Part shown: one piece after another, positions 57,423-64,000 of the stretch | Position numbering within the stretch: the stretch's first letter is position 1 | Layout: every line of letters starts with the position of its first letter | NCBI GenBank assembly: GCA_950097015.1 | Contig: CATNEN010000014.1 | Coordinates: forward strand, 62,001 to 126,000 | Direction: 5' to 3' | Length of the DNA stretch: 64,000 bases | DNA from: Macrostomum hystrix | Taxonomy: Eukaryota > Animalia > Platyhelminthes | The notes under the pieces: model-generated | Seen by the model: the letters and a program-made list of their open reading frames with translations, nothing else | Database searches by the model: none | Told to the model about the DNA's origin: nothing | Program-made: the position numbers and the translations under genes

Positions 57423-59490
57423 ATGGTGGCAGGCAGCAGTGTGGGCTCTAACTACCCATACAACCTGTGCTCTAAAGATAAAACGAATGGTGAAGACTTG
57501 GAAAAGATTGAGGAAAGAGCCAGCGCAGTCCAGGATCCAATGTCGCTGGAAGGCTCGAATCTAATAGAAACGATCAAGTTGCTTCTGACGCTCGACAACT
57601 CGGAAATGACTCGCGCACAAAAACGACAGTCAGCATTCTACCTGGATCAACTGGCGCGTCAGCAAACGGAGTTCACGAGACTCCTGGCTGAGTCCAAGCC
57701 ACGGCTTCCAGCAGTGGAGCCCAAGCTGTTTAAGCAGACAGACTCCGATGACACCAAGGCGTTCCTGATGACCTTCGTGAGAACAGCAGCATCGTGTGGA
57801 AGGCAGAAGTCGGAGTGGACAATACGGCTAGCACCACTCCTAACAGGCATCGCAAAGAGTGCATTTCACACTCTGACGGCAGCAGCGAGCGCGGACTACG
57901 ACCTGGCGAAGGTGACTATCCTAGCTAGGTACAACATCAGCGAGGAGACCCACAGACAGCGATTTCCGTGTTTGCATAAGGCGGCTCAAGAGACCTTCCA
58001 GGTGTTCGCAACGAAACTGGAGGACCTGTTTAACCGGTGGATGACAGCTGGGCTGGACGAAAACCAGAGAGAGGCGCTACTAGGCGATGACTCCATTTCC
58101 AGGCAGAAGGTACTCCTTGAGCAGTTTACGGAGTCTGGCAAGAGGACTGCAAGTATGGATGCGTGAGAGAAAGCCGAAGAACATCAAGGGGGCTGCGAAC
58201 CTAGCTGATGACTACGCAATGGCAAGGAATAGCGACAAGACCAGTGAAACACCTGGATACACGAATCTAGAGACAGTAGAAGGGGCTATCGCCCGACAAA
58301 GGACAATTCAACGACTGCAAATTCTGAGGCCTCAGATAAGCTGCTTCAATTGCAGGGACCCTCACAAACGGTTCCAGTGTCCCAACAAGCATTACCATGT
58401 CAATTTGGCCTCAGAAGAAAGAGCTACAGATGGGTTATCACTGGTCACGCGGACGGCTTCGAGCTGCGATTCCTGATGGATACAGGAGCAGATTGAACTA
58501 CGATTCGGCGCTGCTGCCTGCCTGAGCACATCATGGGTCGGGCCACCAACGTTCCATATCAACCTGCTCAAGAAGTACAACGCGCGAGAGACGATTTTTG
58601 CGGCAACAACGACGGCTGGTCCTGCGCTATCTGACCATATGACATCAGCCGAGAAAGACTGTCTCCAGCAGCTGGTGCTGGACTTCGCGGACGTCTTCAG
58701 CGAGACACCTGGAAGGACCAACCTGGTGGAGCACCGTATCCGGACGACGTTTGACCGTGTAGTGCGCATGCAGCCGCGGCAGGAACCGCAGGCGCAATCG
58801 ACAGGTGCTCCAGGAGGAGATTCTACGCATACTGGGCCTCGGAGTGATCGAACAGTCCGACAGCGACTACTGCTCTCCCCTTTGTCTTGTGTCCAAAAAG
58901 GACGACTCGGCTCGGTTCACGGTCAATTTCAAGGCGCTGAATGAGCTGCTGGCCTTCGACTCCTATCCGATGAATAACATCGAGGATTTGCTAGAGCAGG
59001 TCGCCAAGGCCAAGTTCATATCTAAGCTAGACTGCGGCAAGGGCTGTTGGCAGATTCCGCTGTCCGAGGAATCGAAGCGGCTGTGAGCATTCGCAGCCGG
59101 CGGCAAGCTCTACCAATTCACCGTGATGCCCATTGGCTTGAACTGCAGTGTGCGACGTACCAGAGGCTCATGGACAAGCTGTTCCAAGGGCTGGACAACG
59201 CGGACTCGTATGTCGATGACATCGCTGTGTTCAGTGAGACATTCGAGCAGCATGTCCTAGACGAGGGAGGTATTCGGTCGCCTCCACGCTGCCGGTCTGA
59301 CGGTGCAGCCACGCAAATGCTACCTGCGTGGAAACTCGGCGGACTACCTGGGCTTCAAGCTTAGCGGAGGCGAGATCAGCACGAGCGAGGATTTAGTGCG
59401 GACTATCATGACGCTGGCCCAACCCAAGACCAAGGCCCAGCTGCGATCGGTGCTCGGGGTACTGAGCCACTACTGTCGTTTCGTGGGAGC
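57423..59490 (+). mobile_element. Gmr1-like Gypsy retrotransposon remnant (SCAN-type gag, integrase C-terminus before RT)
   Basis: gag DDTKAFLMTF...WTIRLAPLLTG.A...ILARYNISEETHRQRF...VLLEQF then LQVWMRERKPKNIKGAANLADDY. FHINLLKKY at about 58550-58580 precedes RT (PGRTNLVEHRI, DSYPMNNIEDLL, SYVDDI). Confidence 0.82.
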
Positions 59491-61250
59491 CAACCAGGAC
59501 AGCTCTACGGGGTCTGCAAGGTTCATAAGCCTGATAAACCACTTAGACCAATCGTCTCTATGACTGGTCTATCAACACCGCTGAATATGAGCTGGCCAAG
59601 TATCTGGACTCGCTCATCAAGCCTTGCATTCCTTCTGAGTTCACTTCCAAGTCTAACTGCAACTTCCTTAATGACCTTCAAAGCTCGTATCCTGTGATTA
59701 AGAGATCTGACACTCTCTGTAGCTTCGACGTTGTCTCTCTTTTCACTAATATCCCTTTTGGGCTGGCTATTGACCTAGCCACTGAGCTTGTGTACAAAAA
59801 GAATCCCCCTACCCTGCCCAAGGCTTCTTTTAAGAAACTCCTTGGCTTTGCCACCTCTGGCATTTTCATGTTTGACAATAAGTACTACCGTCAAATTGAA
59901 GGTTGTGCCATGGGAAGCCTCTTGGCCCCCACCCTCGCTGATGTCTGCATGTCTCACTGGGAAACCAACAACTGGATGACCCTTGACTGTGCACCCAAAT
60001 TCTACAGGCGTTATGTTGATGACACTTGCCATCTTTGATAGCAAGAACAAAATTGACCGTTTTTTCGATGCTCTCAACTCCACGCATACCAACATCAAGT
60101 TCACTACTGAGATTGCTTCCGACCAGAGGCCCCCGTTCCTTGACCTCGACATTGATTTCAATTGCGGAACCCTCTCAACCAAAGTTTTTCGGAAAAGCTC
60201 GTTTACCAATCTCATCCTCAACTTTAATGCTTTGTGTCCAAGGCAGTGGAAATCCGGTCTCATCAGATGTCTGCTCCACAGAGCTTTCACTGTCTGCAAC
60301 ACCTGGACTAACTTTGACCAAGAAGTGAATTTTCTGACCAAAATGTTTCAACAAAATGGTTACCCTCGTGCGTTTATTCACACTCACATTCACAAATTTG
60401 TCTCTGAGAAAATTGCCAAACAGCCTAACGCTAAAACCGATCTCATTGATCTCAACGAACCAATTCTTGTCCTCCCTTTCTTTGGCTATCCTTCTCAATT
60501 CTTCAAAAATCGCATCTGCAAATTATTTCGCAACTTCCTTAATTGCGACATCCGCGTCATCTTTCGTTCTGCTAAAGTTGGTAACTTTGTCGGTCGGTTG
60601 AAGTCACGTGTTCCCTGTGCTCTTCGTGCTGGTGTAGTTTACCAATTCAACTGCTCTGATGACCAGAGCGTCTCCTACGTGGGGAAGACTAAAAGGCACC
60701 TGCACACTAGAATCAGGGAGCACTGGCTGAAACCGTCGGCTATTCAAAACCATCTCTTAGAATGTAATAGCTGCTCCAGCTGCAAACCCGAAGAGCGCTT
60801 CAAAGTCATTGACCAATGCTCATTTGACTCCAAACTGCAGATACTTGAAGCGTTGTACATTAAAGCTCATTCGCCCAACTTCAACACTCAACTCCAACAC
60901 AGTGGCGCGGGCCATGTTCTCCGTGTGTTCTGAGGGAGGGGGCACTGGCTGTACTTTCTGCACTGCTGGCTGCAATGCTAACAATCCGCCCCTGGACTTG
61001 CCTCTTGACTTACGGAATATCAAATATGAACTCGAAAAATTTTCAAAAATTTTAAATTATTGCTTTAAAAATATTGATTAAAGTTACACCCAAAATCTCA
61101 TATTTATTCGCTTTTCTACTTGCTATATTCGTTTTAATAAACCTGAAGATGCACGAAACGTGCGAAACGCGTCGTTAAACGTTAAATGTTGATTCTCGCC
61201 TTTTTATTCATCTTATTTGCCAAGCGAGCAACTTTACCTGAACATATTTT
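59490..61250 (+). mobile_element. Penelope-like element (RT plus GIY-YIG endonuclease), 5'-truncated, at least one frameshift
   Basis: LYGVCKVHKPDKPLRPIVS, SFDVVSLFTNIP, GCAMGSLLAP, RYVDD and PFLDL; GVVYQFNC...YVGKTKRHLHTRIREH...LEALYI. Frameshift near 60030; stop at 60933. Confidence 0.93.
61140..61176 (+). ncRNA. Minimal type I hammerhead ribozyme in the Penelope terminal region
   Basis: aac CTGAAGA t gcacg-aaa-cgtgc GAAA c-gc-g TC gtt: full catalytic core, 5-bp stem II, 3-bp stem I, palindromic acgcgt stem III. Predicted cleavage after C61173. Confidence 0.85.
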
Positions 61251-61946
61251 TTTGTTTTAAGAATAACTCAAATGCTCTTTTGTGCCATTTTTACTTGATT
61301 AGTCATAGAGGCCAAAGACAAATGAACTGTTCTCTGTAGCAAACAATAGCAATGGACCAGCTGTTTAAAATGCTGCAGGAAATGCAAAAAACTTCTACTA
61401 TTTTGCCCCATTCCCAACATTCCTCACTTTATTGCCTATTGGGTGTGCAACCGGAGAAGATTTAGTTCTTAAAGTAACTTTTGGTTTGTTAGGTTGATAA
61501 TGGACCCAGTGATTTTCTCGATAATTGTAAATTAGCAAGACTTAAATGTGAGCCTGTAGCCAATTCGGTTATTCACTCGTTTTATCAGCTTTTTTGTTAA
61601 AAAAGTGAAACTTTTGCATTTTTGCTTATTTTTGAACTTCTAAGCCAAACGCACACATTTCTTTTAGAGTACAGTGTTAATAAAAATTACCATTTCATGG
61701 TGAGAAACAGCTATCAATAGCAAATTAGCTTGTCGCAGTTTTCAGCTGTCACAGAATTGCATTATTTTTTACATTTTTTCGTGAACATTGAATAGTAATT
61801 GTATATACAGAAATAAGAACAAACCTTGCTTTCATCATTTTTTCCAGCTGTGAAATCCATTCTCTGACAGCCAGAGAAATCCATTCTCTTCGGCATTTGC
61901 ATCTCCAGTCCTTTGTTTTCGATTGGCTCATTTAAGATCCATTGTC

Positions 61947-64000
61947 ATGGAAGCACACAGTGATACAACAGAAAATGAAGCAGGGCTGCCACACCACCTT
62001 CTCTCCAGTATTCGTGTGCTTGATCAAATTGGTTCGCTTTATTTTTTGTTTTATTTAGAAAAACTACAAATTTATACTCACATTCAGGCATACTACACAT
62101 AATTTGTAATACTTTTAAAATTGCATGCTTGTTAAAATAGACTACAGATAAGTAACCCCTGAATATTCTACAGGCCGTGGATCCTTTGGCTCCGTGCACA
62201 AGTGTTTCTTTAATGGACATACTCGGGCACTAAAGAAACTAAACCTTGCTAATACCAGCGTGCGTGCAGGATGGTAAGTTGGGAGTCGTGATGGATTTCT
62301 AAAGCCAACATTATGCTAGTTTGCTGCCTCTGAGAAATAGCACAGCAGGAATCGCGACCCTGCGAGAATTACAACCCTAAATGTTCTGCTAACAATTGTC
62401 AAGACTAACTTCATTCAATTTCCGCCGTTATACGAGTACTATCAAATTTTACTAGGTTCTCGCTTTAACTCTATAGCATACCCTAAAGTTGTAACAGCTG
62501 CACATTGTGCTTTTCTCTTGGAATAAAAGGTACTTAATAAGAATTATTCTAATTAAGTACCTTTACTTCTTAGTTGGTCTATACGTACTCTTAGACAAAT
62601 ATTTGGTTTTGGTATTTTTCTATTTTTATGAGTTTTTTTCTCTGTACGAATGCCTAATACTTATTTCCTTGTAATACCGTTGAGAAGTTTTCGTATATTT
62701 ATTTTCATGCTCGTAAATTTAAACAAAAAACATATAATTTTAAATAATAAGCTACAGTAACTCGTACACTGGTCAACTCTGTGTACGCCTAACAAGTTGG
62801 GCAAAGAAGCCAAAGATTTGCCGAGATTTACAAGTAAACAATTTTATAGTAATTTTAACATTGTTTTACACTATTTTCTTACAGGATTCGAGAGAGATTA
62901 GTCAATGAGATTGAACTGCTTCATAAAGTTGGGTCAGAAAGTGAAGCTTTCGTAAGAATCTATTCCGTTTGCACTGAAAACGGCGGAGGAGTAATCGGTT
63001 ACGTGATGGAGTACTTTAAATTCGGCAATCTGCGATCTGTGTTTAATAAGATGAAAAGCTACGTAAGAATCGCGATATGTTTTATTTGCATATGCGTTTG
63101 CTCATAATACTCGTACTTCCAAGATATTTAGTAAAAACTAATTACCAACAATGAAGGTGAATTCGCTTTTTCAGAGACTTGACTGCCAAAACTTCCCCTG
63201 GCTAGCGGCGTACCTTTTGCATCAGATTTCTGTTGGACTGCGGTACCTTCAAGAGGGTCGACAGGAGATTCTAATGCATAGAGATGTAGCCATCGACAAT
63301 ATTTTTGTTAATGGAAATATGCAAGCTAAGGTGAGCTTTCTTTTTTAAAATGTGCTTAAGTCTCGTAATGCATTTTCGACCCTATTGTCGGTTTAATTTA
63401 CCGCGGAATTTTTTTAAGTCTGGAAAATAAATACTCGTAGATCTTCGTGTTGGTTCATTTTTATAATTCATGATCCACTAAGAGAGAGCATTAACTGTTG
63501 CGCAGGGTTCATTTTACGATTTTTTTTCTTGTCGCAGTCCATGTACACCAGCGCTCAAACAGTTCACAGTACTGAAAGCTGCTTGAACTGATATGTGCAC
63601 CTTTCCATGCTTTGCAGAAGTCTCTTAAACCAGTTTCCTGATTATCAATCCTAACGATCTGTTCACACTGCTGCTAGATTTCAGTTGATCAGATATGTCT
63701 TGTGCCTCTTATTTTTATACCTTTTTACACTATTTAAGTGACTTACTGGCTCAGCTAATGGGGGTGCTATTGAGACACGAGCCTGTCATACTGCCTAACC
63801 CTCTCTTCTCACAGCTGGGCGATTTTGGCCTGTCTCGACGCCTAAATGAGCTACTTGGTCAGGACACTCTTCACTTTGAAAGCCTAGTGGGCATCGAGCG
63901 CCGACCTCCAGAGCTGCTGCTTGACCCGCTGCGCCCACCAAGCATTTATATTGATCGCTACCTGTTCGGCATTTGCCTATTCGAGGCGCTGACTTGCAGT
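61947..64000 (+). CDS. Spliced protein kinase (TKL/RIPK-like fold, family unassigned), runs off the window
   Basis: Exons 61947-62031, 62174-62273, 62885-63062, 63175-63330 and 63815 onward, all GT-AG with consistent phases. Motifs IGRGSFGSV, ALKK, NEIELL, VMEYFKFGNL, HRDVAIDN, LGDFG, RPPE and DRYLFG. Confidence 0.9.

Overview
Eukaryotic (animal, probably invertebrate) genomic DNA that is almost entirely nested transposable elements, with two spliced host genes. Host genes: the first two coding exons of a CAPS/UNC-31 (CADPS) gene on the minus strand (13769-13329 and 7912-7496), and a 5-exon protein kinase gene on the plus strand (61947 to past the window end). Retroelements: BEL/Pao, three Gypsy-type elements (one Gmr1-like with a SCAN-type gag, one with an inverted 5' part), LOA/R1-like LINEs with a TAAGTCAAG tail, an I-group (Ingi-like) LINE with an uninterrupted ~1270-codon ORF nested in an RTE LINE, a Penelope-like element, a probable DIRS-like remnant and three copies of a tRNA-derived SINE. 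DNA elements: an intact IS630/Tc1-like transposon (DD33E), a decayed piggyBac, three Crypton-type tyrosine recombinase remnants and a MITE with an 8-bp TSD. Two abutting minisatellites (18 bp and 23 bp) are also present. The most notable observations are: (1) a 256-bp TSD-flanked non-autonomous retroelement whose 5' end folds as an HDV-like ribozyme; (2) a 2.3-kb CACTA-like TIR element carrying an intact spliced BEN-domain gene and no transposase; (3) a minimal hammerhead ribozyme behind the Penelope ORF; (4) an apparent RT template-jump product. All calls come from manual reading and recalled motifs; no database searches or folding programs were run.
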